From Terriglobia bacterium (GTDB lineage Bacteria > Acidobacteriota > Terriglobia > 20CM-2-55-15), in assembly GCA_965198225.1 (NCBI GenBank), contig CBDAOY010000006.1, forward strand, positions 704,001 through 768,000: a DNA stretch of 64,000 bases, written 5' to 3'. Positions 52,157-61,463 of this stretch are shown one piece after another. The stretch's first letter is position 1. Every line of letters begins with the position of its first letter. Under the pieces are notes generated by a model. That model saw only the letters and a program-made list of their open reading frames with translations. It was not told the origin of the DNA and ran no database searches. A program made the position numbers and the translations under genes.

Positions 52157-52594
52157 ATGGGTAGGAAGTACAAGCAGGAGGGCTATCAGGACAACGGCGG
52201 CAACAGGGATAAAAAAGCAAGGCCGCAACAACAGCCGAAGAGAACCAGAGAGGGACCGCGCTCCCCGAGAATGCCCGGATTTCAGGAAGTGATGCGCTGC
52301 GCCATGTGCGGCAACATCATTTCTACCCTGGTAGAAATCCGGGGCGACAGCCAGTGTCCGAAGTGTCAGGCGGACCTGCGCACTTGCAAACAATGCCGTC
52401 ACTTCGATACTGCTGCTCAATTCGAGTGTACACAGCCGATTCCAAAGCGCATCCTGAAGGACGTCCGGAACGACTGCGAGTTCTTCGACGCGCGCACGTC
52501 GGTGGAACGGGAGACGACCTCCCCGTCGCCGTCCTCTCAGGGGAGTGCAAGTCCCAGGGACGCCCGGAGCGCTTTCGACGATCTCTTCCGCTAG
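52157..52594 (+). CDS. Hypothetical Cys-rich (Zn-finger-like) protein
   Basis: CAMC, CPKC, CKQC, NDCEFF; ends AFDDLF; GGAGG RBS. Confidence 0.75.
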   Translation: MGRKYKQEGYQDNGGNRDKKARPQQQPKRTREGPRSPRMPGFQEVMRCAMCGNIISTLVEIRGDSQCPKCQADLRTCKQCRHFDTAAQFECTQPIPKRILKDVRNDCEFFDARTSVERETTSPSPSSQGSASPRDARSAFDDLFR

Positions 52595-52762
52595 CAACCT
52601 CTTCCGGCAAGGAACCTTGGTTCCGGTGCCGTCGATACTTAAGCTATTTGGTACTAGTGATTTCGCACCCAGCCCGACCCTGCGGCACCGGCCTGAAGGC
52701 CGGCGCGTCAGTAAATTGGGTCCGGCGGGCGCGCCTGTCCAGAAGGACAGAAGGGAAAGAAT

Positions 52763-54247
52763 TTGACAGAAGAAAACCTGAAGATCGCCGTATTCGTCGA
52801 CTTCGACAACATCGAAATCGGAGTCAAGAGTACGCTGAACAAGAATTTTGACATCGGCGCGGTTCTCGAGGCCATCAAAGAACGCGGCGAGATCGTGACG
52901 AAAGTTGCCTACGGAGATTGGAAACGTTCCGGGGATTACGGGCGTGCCATGGGGCAGCATGCCATCCACATGGTCCAGAGGAACCTGACGCCCGGGGGCG
53001 ACAAGAATGGGGCCGACATCAACCTGGCGCTCGACGCGTTGGAGATGGCGTTCATCCGAGACCACATCAATGCTTTTGTTATCGTCGGTGGCGACAGCGA
53101 TTTCATTACGCTGGTCGAAAAACTCAAGCAATACGACAAGAAGGTGTTCGTCGTCGGAGGTCGCGCCTTCACCAGCGCAATCCTCCAGAAGAACTGCCAC
53201 GAGTTCATCGCGTATGAGAACCTCATCCGCTCGCAGTCTTCCGGACGGAAGCAATCGCGTTCGCGAAGCGCGAGCGAAGCACCGTTGGAGAAGGCCGTTC
53301 CGCTCGTACGTCGCGCGCTGAAGATCCTGACGGATCGCGAGGTCTCCCCGCAGTTGGGCCTGCTGAAGAGCACACTGCTCCAGCTCGATTCGACGTTTTC
53401 GGAGCGGGACTATGCCGCCACGACATTTCGCGATTTCATGGAAAAGCTCGCCCGGACAGGCGTGATCAACCTGAAGCAGGTTGATCGCTCGTGGCTGGTG
53501 GAGCTCCGCGAGGAGAAATCCGACAACGGCGAACGGGATCGGACGACTCGCAGCAGGAAGGCGAAGGCGTCGTCTCGGAGGAAGCCGGAGGGTCCGGGAC
53601 CCGACAACGGCGAGGAGCCTGCCGGTGCCGAGAATGGTTCGGCCCGGCAGGAAGAGGGGGTCCAGGTGATCCGATCGGTTGTAGAGACGATCGATGCGAC
53701 CCAGAAATGGCCGATGTACCTGCGGAACGTCAAACAGCTCCTCAAGTCCGCCCGCCCCGACTTCGACGAGAAGGAATACGGATTCTCGAGTCTGCTGGAC
53801 GCCGTGCGACAGAGCCAGAGGGCCGGTGTTTTCCGGCTCGAGCGGAACCGGCAGGGTGTGCTCCGGATATTCCCGGGTGAGATGTCAAAAGCCCCGGAGC
53901 TGGCGGCCTCCGACACGCCGCGGGAAGCGGAAGCCTCTGTAGACGAGTCAGTTACGTCCAGTGAGGTTGTGCCCGAAGCCGTGGAACCCGGATTGGATCA
54001 GGCGGAGGCTGTTCCCGAGGCCGCGGCCGCCGGGAAGCCGACCCGGAAACGAAAGACCACGGCGACCAAGACTCGCAAGACGACGAAGAAAGCCGCCAAG
54101 AAGGTCACGAAAACTACCAGGAAGAAGACTACCCGGACGACGAAGAAGGCCACCAAGACAACTCGCCGCGCCGCCAAGAAGGAGCCTGCCGCAGCCGACA
54201 AGCCCGTAGAGCCCGCGGTCGCCGCGAAACTTGAGGATCAAGTGTAG
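52763..54247 (+). CDS. NYN-domain protein with LOTUS/OST-HTH domains and K/T-rich tail
   Basis: FVDFDN, KNGADI, GDSDF; FSERDY and FDEKEYGF LOTUS-like motifs. Confidence 0.85.
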   Translation: MTEENLKIAVFVDFDNIEIGVKSTLNKNFDIGAVLEAIKERGEIVTKVAYGDWKRSGDYGRAMGQHAIHMVQRNLTPGGDKNGADINLALDALEMAFIRDHINAFVIVGGDSDFITLVEKLKQYDKKVFVVGGRAFTSAILQKNCHEFIAYENLIRSQSSGRKQSRSRSASEAPLEKAVPLVRRALKILTDREVSPQLGLLKSTLLQLDSTFSERDYAATTFRDFMEKLARTGVINLKQVDRSWLVELREEKSDNGERDRTTRSRKAKASSRRKPEGPGPDNGEEPAGAENGSARQEEGVQVIRSVVETIDATQKWPMYLRNVKQLLKSARPDFDEKEYGFSSLLDAVRQSQRAGVFRLERNRQGVLRIFPGEMSKAPELAASDTPREAEASVDESVTSSEVVPEAVEPGLDQAEAVPEAAAAGKPTRKRKTTATKTRKTTKKAAKKVTKTTRKKTTRTTKKATKTTRRAAKKEPAAADKPVEPAVAAKLEDQV

Positions 54248-54424
54248 GTGCGCTCTATGAGCGCACGTCTTTCGGTTCGAACACTCTGCGGTCCTAGACC
54301 CTTGCCGTCGAAAACATCTTGAGGGAACTCTTCGGAGACAGGTTCAACCTGTTGGAATCGGTCGGCCCGCCGGCGTGCCGATGAAAAGGGTCTCGGGAAT
54401 GAAGAGGGCGAAACTTCAAGATCG

Positions 54425-54495
54425 GGTGTAGGTGCGCTCTATGAGCGCACATCGTTTCGGCTCGAAGAATGTGCGGTCATAGACCGCACCTACAC
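54425..54495. repeat. REPIN (degenerate copy at 54242-54300)
   Basis: Same arms as 12204-12275. Confidence 0.85.
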
Positions 54496-54527
54496 CTCGC
54501 CAAAAATTTCCAAATTTTGGGGTAGCG

Positions 54528-55139
54528 CTAATGGACGGCGAAGTGGACCGCCTTCAGGACTTCGTCGACGATTGCGGGATCAAACTGCGTTCCCTTGCCG
54601 ATGATGAGCTGCTCGGCCGCTTCCCGCTCGGTCCGTCGCGTGCGATAAGACCGTTCGCTCGTCATTGATTCATAGGCATCCAGGACAGCGATAACCCGCG
54701 CCGCAAAGGGTATGGCGTCCCCTTCGAGACCGTCGGGATAACCCCTGCCGTCGTACCGCTCGTGGTGGTGCAGCACGACGTCGGCAATGTGGGCAAAGTC
54801 ATCGGCATGCTCCAGGGCCTCGAATCCCAGCCGGGCGTGTCCCTGCATGATGATCCGCTCATCCACGGTGAGGATGCCGGGCTTGTGGAGGATAGGGTCG
54901 GGTATGGCGATGGTTCCCAGGTCGTGCAGGTGAGCCGCCGCCTCGGCAACAGCAATTTCGTCAGCCGACAGTTCCATCCTTTGGCAGACGTCTCGCGCAA
55001 GAAGCCGCATGCGCTCGCTGTGTAGCCCGACTGTGCGGTCGCGCATCCGGACCAGGTTGGCGAACGTTCCGGTCTGCGCCTCGGCCGGGTCTTTTGTAAG
55101 CCTGTCTAGCAACGTCGACATACTGAGTTCCTCGTCCAT
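54528..55139 (-). CDS. Stand-alone HD-GYP phosphodiesterase (copy 1, divergent)
   Basis: HDLG, HHERYDGRGYP, GTQFDP. Confidence 0.9.
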   Translation of the reverse strand: MDEELSMSTLLDRLTKDPAEAQTGTFANLVRMRDRTVGLHSERMRLLARDVCQRMELSADEIAVAEAAAHLHDLGTIAIPDPILHKPGILTVDERIIMQGHARLGFEALEHADDFAHIADVVLHHHERYDGRGYPDGLEGDAIPFAARVIAVLDAYESMTSERSYRTRRTEREAAEQLIIGKGTQFDPAIVDEVLKAVHFAVH

Positions 55140-55252
55140 TCTCCTGCGCCCCGTTGGACGCCTGATGAGTGTTGAAGAGAGCCGAGAGCCCTTGTAAAAG
55201 AGTCCCCGGCGTGTGGGGCGCGACCTGCGCGGAATCCCCGCTTCACCTTTGC

Positions 55253-55280
55253 TTATCGGCCCGAACACCCCGGAGCATTA
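55253..55280 (-). promoter_or_regulatory. Sigma28-like promoter
   Basis: TAAT-N16-GCCGATAA upstream of HD-GYP copy 1. Confidence 0.5.
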
Positions 55281-55293
55281 ACTTTTTTTCGGG

Positions 55294-55732
55294 TCACGGG
55301 GCCATGCTTTCATCCAGCGACATCCGAACGACTTCCCGGATCCGGGCGATCGGTTCGATTCTTCCTGTCGTTGTTTCGATGAGGAACGCCGGCAATATCC
55401 TGTAGCTCTTGAGGATCCCGACGCCCAGCTGTTCCAGTTCAGAGGCGAGGTCTTCCTTCAGTTCGGGTCGCGTGCGCACCAGGATGCGGACTGCCTGGTC
55501 GGAAGTTCCATCCTGATCCCGAATCCCTTCCACCATCTTCCGGAGCGCTTCGTCGAGTTTGTCCGTGAATGTCCCTTCGGATTCTGCTGAACCGGAGTCG
55601 GTCATTGTGTTTCCCGTTTGTGATTGTGCCGCGGCCGGGACCCAGCCCGAAAGGACCAGGCTGACCACGACCGTCCGGGACCCAGCCCGAAAGGACCAGG
55701 CTGACCACGACCGTGTAAAAAATCTTCTTCAT
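55294..55732 (-). pseudogene. Secreted subtilase-propeptide-like protein, frameshifted by a 40-bp tandem duplication
   Basis: MKKIFYTVVVSLVLSGWVP signal; exact repeat 55635-55674/55675-55714; mature part KLDEAL..VRILVR..MSLD resembles the neighbours' prodomains. Confidence 0.65.
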
Positions 55733-55823
55733 GATTGTCCCATCCTGGTCAGAGCGGAGATCGCTCCAACCTTGACTGCGGTTTCGGAAAGCAGCCGAGG
55801 CCGCATTCCGAAGGTAAAGGTTG

Positions 55824-56426
55824 TCAGTGAAGCTGGACCCGGCAACCGATGACTTCGAGCAAAGCGTCGACGACATCGGGGTCGAACTGAGTCCCTTTTC
55901 CACCCAGCAACTCAATGCCGGCGGCCTGTATCGTCCGTCCCTTACGGTACGGACGATCCGTCGTCAGCGCGTCGTACGCATCCACTACAGCGATGACGCG
56001 CGAGCCGAACGGAATGTTGTCCCCAGCGCGATGGCTCGGATAACCCGTGCCGTCGTACCACTCGTGGTGATGGAGCACGATCGGGGCGAGATGGCTGAAC
56101 TCGTCCATCTCGCGCAGGGCTGCCGCGCCCAAGGCCGAGTGGGTCTGCATGATCTCCCACTCGTCGGCGCTGAGGCGGCCCGGTTTCCGCAGGATTTCAT
56201 CCGGGATGCCGATCTTGCCGATATCGTGCAGGTACGCAGCGGCCTCGATCGTTTGAGTGTCTGCCGGACCGAGGCCGAATTGCTCGCAGATCTTGCTTGC
56301 GAGATCCAGCACCCGGTCGCTGTGAATCCCCGTGTAGGGGTCCCGGACCCGGAGCAGGCTCAGGAACGATTTCGCCTGCCCCGCGATCTGGTCTAACTGA
56401 AGTTCTTGCATGATTACAGTCGACAT
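55824..56426 (-). CDS. Stand-alone HD-GYP phosphodiesterase (copy 2)
   Basis: HDIGK, HHEWYDGTGYP, RPYRK. Confidence 0.92.
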   Translation of the reverse strand: MSTVIMQELQLDQIAGQAKSFLSLLRVRDPYTGIHSDRVLDLASKICEQFGLGPADTQTIEAAAYLHDIGKIGIPDEILRKPGRLSADEWEIMQTHSALGAAALREMDEFSHLAPIVLHHHEWYDGTGYPSHRAGDNIPFGSRVIAVVDAYDALTTDRPYRKGRTIQAAGIELLGGKGTQFDPDVVDALLEVIGCRVQLH

Positions 56427-56440
56427 CGGAACCTCCTGCC

Positions 56441-58451
56441 TTAAAAGTCGTCCCAGGTAATGGTCTTACCCCAGACGATGGTTTCCGCGTCGACCTCGTC
56501 CCAGACGATGGTCTTACCCCAAACGATGGTTTCGCCTTCGACCTCTTCCCAGGTGATGGTCTTGCCCCAGACAATGGTTTGGCCGTAGGACGTCTCGTTG
56601 TAGTCGAAGTTGTCGGCTTCATAGAGGCCCTTGCCCCAAACGATGGTCTCGCTCCAAACGGCCGGATATCCGGAAATCACGTTGGAGTAGTCCAGGCCCA
56701 CGCCGTTGTTGAGGAGCCAGTAGTCTCCTTCAGCGGTCGTGGCGTCGACGTTGGCGGCCAGGTTGACCGCACCGGCAGCGTTCATGTAGCCGGCGCCCAC
56801 CGCGTACGGGTTGCCGAAGTTGCCCTCGGCCGTGTACATCAGGATGGCCTTGACCTGGTTCGGCGTCAGGTACGGGTTCTGCTCCAGCATCAATGCGACG
56901 GCGCCGGCGACGACCGGGGCCGACATGCTGGTGCCGCTGAGCCACATATAATTGTTGTCCACAACGATCTGCGGGTGGTTGGTCGCCAGAGCGTTTCCGG
57001 CGGCGCGGGCCGCAACGATCTGGGTTCCCGGAGCCGCGATGTCGGGTTTGATCAACTCTTCAAACCGCGTCGGTCCCCGAGAGCTGTAAGAGGCGACTGT
57101 ATCGTCGGACCGGGATGGCGTATCCCAGGTCGTCATCGCACCGACCGTGAGGGCCGACGCTTCGGTACCCGGGCTCGTGATCGCACCGTATTGGATCTCG
57201 CCATCCGCATTCTTACCGCCGTTGCCGGCCGACACGACGACGACGATACCGGCATCGACTGCCGCGCGAACCATCAAGGTCATCGGATCGGTGTCGGCCG
57301 ACTCGTACGGCATGTGGCCGAGCGAGAGGTTGATGACGCGGATGTTGTAGATGTCGCGATTCAAGATTGCCCATTCGAGCGCCTCGATGACGTCGCTGGT
57401 CTGGCCGCCGCCGCTGGCGCTCAAGACCTTCAAGTCGATCAGGTGGGCCCCTGGCGCCATGCCGGCGTACTGTCCGCCCGACGCCATGCCGTTACCGGCA
57501 ACGATCCCGGCCACGTGGGTGCCGTGCCCGAACTCGTCCCCGCCGGTGTTACCGCCCGTGAAATCCACCGTGTGGACCACGTTGGGCAGATCGACATGAC
57601 CGCCGATGCCGCTGTCGATGACAGCGATTCCGATGCCCGCGCCGGTGACCCCGTATGCCAGGGCCGCATCTAAGGCGCCGGTGACGGTGGCCAGCTCACC
57701 GGGCGTGCCGTTTCCGTTCTGCGACAGTTCGATATTCGCATCCAGGTGCAAGGAGGCGACGTCGTAGTTGTCGGCCAGCGTGTCGAGCAGATCGGCCGGA
57801 ACTTCGACCACGATCCCGTCAAACAGCTGGAACTTGCCGATGCCGTCCTGGATCGCGGCGCCCTGGCTGGAAAGGTTCTCCAGGCTCGCTTTGTAGCCCG
57901 GCTGTGCCCGAATGATGACCCGAACGGTTTCGACTTCCGTGTTGACGGAATCGATCTTCTCGTTTATCGCTTTTTCAAACTTCTTCCGGATCTCATTGTC
58001 GATCTTCGAGTCGATGCGGGCCAACGTCTCTGCCAGCTTCGCCTGCCGTTTGGCCTTCTCTACGGCGGCCTTGTCGGCAGCCTCATTTTTCAGCGCGGCG
58101 GCCTTGTCGGCAGCCTCATTTTGCTCAGCGGCGGTCTTATCGGCAGCCGCCATTTCCAACACGGCGGCCGTCTCCAACGTGGCGGCCGTCTCGTTAGCCA
58201 CCATTTCGAACTCGGCAGCCGCTATTTCCAACGTGGCGGCCGTCTCGTTAGCCACCATTTCGAACTCGGCGGCCTTGTCGGCAGCCTCATTTTCCAGCGC
58301 GGCGGCCTTGTCGGCAGTCTCCATTTCCAACGCGGAGGCTGTCTCGGCAGCCTGTTCCATGATTTTTGCGAGGCCGAGCTGCTGGGCGCTCGCGGTATAC
58401 GGCGCGACCAGCGTCAGGCTCAACATTAAGAGTTATAAGTAAACGCTTCAT
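56441..58451 (-). CDS. S8 subtilase with Trp-rich C-terminal repeats (copy A; 1-nt frameshift in the signal peptide)
   Basis: VIDSG, HGTHVAG, GTSMS; RBS-linked ATG 58451 is out of frame with ORF 56441-58426. Confidence 0.88.
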
Positions 58452-58520
58452 TAAGCTCCTCCAAATGAAAGGGACGGGAAGACGGGGTCTGCAGCGCAGA
58501 CTCTCCCGCTTCATTCGTAC

Positions 58521-58547
58521 GTATCGACGGGAATAGCCAAAGGTTTA
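58521..58547 (-). promoter_or_regulatory. Sigma28-like promoter of subtilase A
   Basis: TAAA-N15-GTCGATAC. Confidence 0.6.
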
Positions 58548-58615
58548 GTATTTTTTGGCAGGCGAGTGAGGATTTCGCGGAAGAACGCTCGGTTTTCTGG
58601 AAGGACAATGGAGGG

Positions 58616-58648
58616 TTCGGAAAGCGGCCAAGGCGACCGCTTTCCGAA
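58616..58648 (-). terminator. Hairpin after HD-GYP copy 3 (degenerate copy at 55783-55812)
   Basis: TTCGGAAAGCGG-N9-CCGCTTTCCGAA. Confidence 0.55.
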
Positions 58649-58659
58649 GGTTAAGGTTG

Positions 58660-59262
58660 TCAGTGAAGCTGGACCCGGTAACCGATGACCTCGAGCAGGG
58701 CGTCGACGACATCGGGATCGAACTGGGTTCCCTTGCCGGAGAGCAACTCGATGCCGGCCACCTCGATCGACTGCGCCTTGCGGTACGGACGGTCCGACGA
58801 TAGCGCGTCGTAGGCATCCAGTACGGCGATGACGCGCGAGCCGAACGGGATGTTCTCGCCGGCGCGCCGGCTCGGGTAACCCGTGCCGTCGTACCGCTCG
58901 TGGTGATGCAGCACGATCGGGGCGAGATGGCTGAACTCGTCCATCTCTCTCAGGGCTGCCGCGCCCAGGGCCGAGTGGGTCTGCATGATCTCCCACTCGT
59001 CGGCAGTGAGGCGGCCCGGTTTCCGGAGGATGTCGTCCGGGATGGCGATCTTGCCGATATCGTGCAGGTACGCACCGGCTTCAATTGTCTGGGTGTCTGC
59101 CGGACCGAGTCCGAACTGCTCGCACATCTTGCTTGCGAGATCCAGCATCCGGTCGCTGTGAACCCCCGTGTAGGGGTCCCGGACCCGGAGCAGGCTCAGG
59201 AACGACTTGGCCTGCCCCGCGATCTGGTCTAACTGAAGTTCTTGCATGATTACAGTGGACAT
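58660..59262 (-). CDS. Stand-alone HD-GYP phosphodiesterase (copy 3)
   Basis: HDIGK, HHERYDGTGYP; near-identical to copy 2. Confidence 0.92.
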   Translation of the reverse strand: MSTVIMQELQLDQIAGQAKSFLSLLRVRDPYTGVHSDRMLDLASKMCEQFGLGPADTQTIEAGAYLHDIGKIAIPDDILRKPGRLTADEWEIMQTHSALGAAALREMDEFSHLAPIVLHHHERYDGTGYPSRRAGENIPFGSRVIAVLDAYDALSSDRPYRKAQSIEVAGIELLSGKGTQFDPDVVDALLEVIGYRVQLH

Positions 59263-59274
59263 CGGGACCTCCAC

Positions 59275-61281
59275 CTAAAAGTCATCCCAGGTAATGGTCT
59301 TACCCCAGGTGATGGTCTCAGCGTCGACTTCATCCCAGGCGATGGTCTTGCCCCAGGTGATGGTTTCGCCTTCGACTTCGTCCCAGACGATGGTCTTGCC
59401 CCAGACGATGGTCTCGCCCTCGACTTCTTCCCAGGTGATGGTCTTGCCCCAGACGATGGTTTCGCTGTAGGACGTCTCGTTGTAGTCGAAACCGTCGACC
59501 GAGTAGAGGCCCTTGCCCCAGACGATGGTCTCCGCCCAGACAGCGGGGAAACCGGCGATCACGTTGGAGTAGTCCAGGCCCACCCCGTTATTGAGGAGCC
59601 AGTAGTCTCCCACGGCGGTCGTGGCGTCGACGTTGGCGGCCAGGTTGACCGCGCCTGCGGCGTTCATGTAGCCGGCACCCACTTCAAATGGGTTGCCCTT
59701 GCCGGCCTCGGCCGTGTACATCAGGATGGCCTTGACCTGGTTGGGCGTCAGGTAGGGGTTCTGCTCCAGCATCAACGCGACGGCGCCCGAGACTACCGGA
59801 GCCGCCATGCTGGTGCCGCTGAGCCACATGTAGTTGTCATCGACGACGACCTGCGGGTAGTTCTTCGCAAGATCGTTCTTGTCGCCCCTGGGGGCTACGA
59901 TCTGGGTTCCCGGAGCCGCGATGTCGGGCTTGATCAACTCCTCGAACCGCGTCGGTCCCCGAGAGCTGTAACCGGCGACCGTGTCATCGGCCCGGCTGGG
60001 GGTATCCCAGGTCGTCATCGCGCCGACGGTCAGCGCGGACGCTTCGGTACCGGGACTCGTGACGCCGCCGTAGACGATCTCGCCCTCGATCCTGCCGGCG
60101 TTACCGGATGAAACCACGACGACGATGCCCGCGTCGACGGCCGCGCGGACCATCAACGTCAGCGGATCGGTATCGGCCGACTCGTAAGGCATGTGGCCGA
60201 GCGAGAGGTTGAGGATGCGGATGTTGTACTGGTCGCGATTCAGTAGCGCCCATTCGATGGCTTCGATGACGTCGCTCGCGCTGCCACCACCGTTATTCTT
60301 GAGCACTTTGAGGTCGATCAGGTGGGCTCCCGGCGCCATGCCGGCGTACTGTCCCCCCGACGCCATGCCGTTACCGGCAATGATCCCGGCCACGTGGGTG
60401 CCGTGCCCGAATCCGTCGCGCCGGTTGTTCACTCCGTTCTGGCTGGCGTTGGTGGTGAAGTCCTCGGTATGGACGACGTTGGGAAGGTCGATGTGGTCGT
60501 CGTCGATGCCGCTGTCGATGACGGCGATGCCGATACCTGCGCCGGTGACCCCGTATGCCTGGGCCGCCTCTAGGGCGCCCGTGACGGTGGCCAACTCACC
60601 GGGTAGGTTACCCCCCGTAGCCGTGGATCCGTTTCCATTGTTGGACTGGCCGTTGCCCGCACCGTTTCCATTCTGCGACAGTTCGATGTCCGCATCCAGG
60701 TGCACGGAGGCGACGGCAAAATGGTCGGCCAGCGTGTCGAGCAGATCGGCCGGAACTTCGACCACGATCCCGTCGAACAGCTTGAACTTGTTGACGCCGC
60801 CCTTGATGTTAGCGCCCAAGCTGGAAAGCCTCGCCAGGTTCGATTTACTGCCTGGCTGGGGCCGAATGATGACCCGAACGGTCTCGACCTCCGCGTTGAC
60901 GGAATCGATCTTCTTGTTTTTCGCTTTCTTGAATTTCTTCAGGACCTCGTTGTCGACTTTCTTAGAGATCCGCGCCAGGGTGTCGGCCAGCTTCTGCTTG
61001 GCGGCGGCCAGGGCTGCCTGAGCCTTCGCAAGCCGCTTTTCCGCTTTGGCGTTTTGCTTGGCGTTCGCATTCTTTTTGTTGGCAGTTTTTTCAGCTTTGG
61101 CTTCGGCCCTGGCGACGCCTTTCTCCGCCTGGTTGACCTTCTTGTTAGCCTTCTTGACTTGGTTGGCCCCTTTCTTGGCCGCCTGTTCGATGATCTTAGT
61201 AAGGTTGGGTCCTTGGGCGCTGACGCCATCGGGCGCGACCAGCGTCAGGCTCAACATCATAGTTATTAGTAAACGCTTCAT
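59275..61281 (-). CDS. S8 subtilase with Trp-rich C-terminal repeats (copy B, intact)
   Basis: Signal peptide, K/A-rich extension, prodomain, VIDSG/HGTHVAG/GTSMA, TIxWGK repeats. Confidence 0.92.
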   Translation of the reverse strand: MKRLLITMMLSLTLVAPDGVSAQGPNLTKIIEQAAKKGANQVKKANKKVNQAEKGVARAEAKAEKTANKKNANAKQNAKAEKRLAKAQAALAAAKQKLADTLARISKKVDNEVLKKFKKAKNKKIDSVNAEVETVRVIIRPQPGSKSNLARLSSLGANIKGGVNKFKLFDGIVVEVPADLLDTLADHFAVASVHLDADIELSQNGNGAGNGQSNNGNGSTATGGNLPGELATVTGALEAAQAYGVTGAGIGIAVIDSGIDDDHIDLPNVVHTEDFTTNASQNGVNNRRDGFGHGTHVAGIIAGNGMASGGQYAGMAPGAHLIDLKVLKNNGGGSASDVIEAIEWALLNRDQYNIRILNLSLGHMPYESADTDPLTLMVRAAVDAGIVVVVSSGNAGRIEGEIVYGGVTSPGTEASALTVGAMTTWDTPSRADDTVAGYSSRGPTRFEELIKPDIAAPGTQIVAPRGDKNDLAKNYPQVVVDDNYMWLSGTSMAAPVVSGAVALMLEQNPYLTPNQVKAILMYTAEAGKGNPFEVGAGYMNAAGAVNLAANVDATTAVGDYWLLNNGVGLDYSNVIAGFPAVWAETIVWGKGLYSVDGFDYNETSYSETIVWGKTITWEEVEGETIVWGKTIVWDEVEGETITWGKTIAWDEVDAETITWGKTITWDDF

Positions 61282-61352
61282 TAAGCTCCTCCGATTACAA
61301 GGGGACAGGGAGACGGCGGTCTGTCGCGCAGACTTCCCCGATTCATTCGTTC

Positions 61353-61435
61353 GTATCGGCGCGAATAGCCAAAGGTTTAGTTTTTTTGTGTCCCGGATGA
61401 GGAAAAGCTAAAGTCAAAGGGTTCCGGGCCGATAA
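61353..61435. promoter_or_regulatory. Divergent sigma28 (FliA/WhiG-type) promoters
   Basis: Minus TAAA-N15-GCCGATAC (61379-61353); plus TAAA-N15-GCCGATAA (61409-61435), an exact consensus match. Confidence 0.75.
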
Positions 61436-61463
61436 AGATGGAAACCCTTGGAGGTGGACTGCG

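Noticed and set aside
58452-58560. Canonical c-di-GMP riboswitch
   Set aside because: No recognisable class I or II consensus; the conserved part is better explained as a sigma28 promoter
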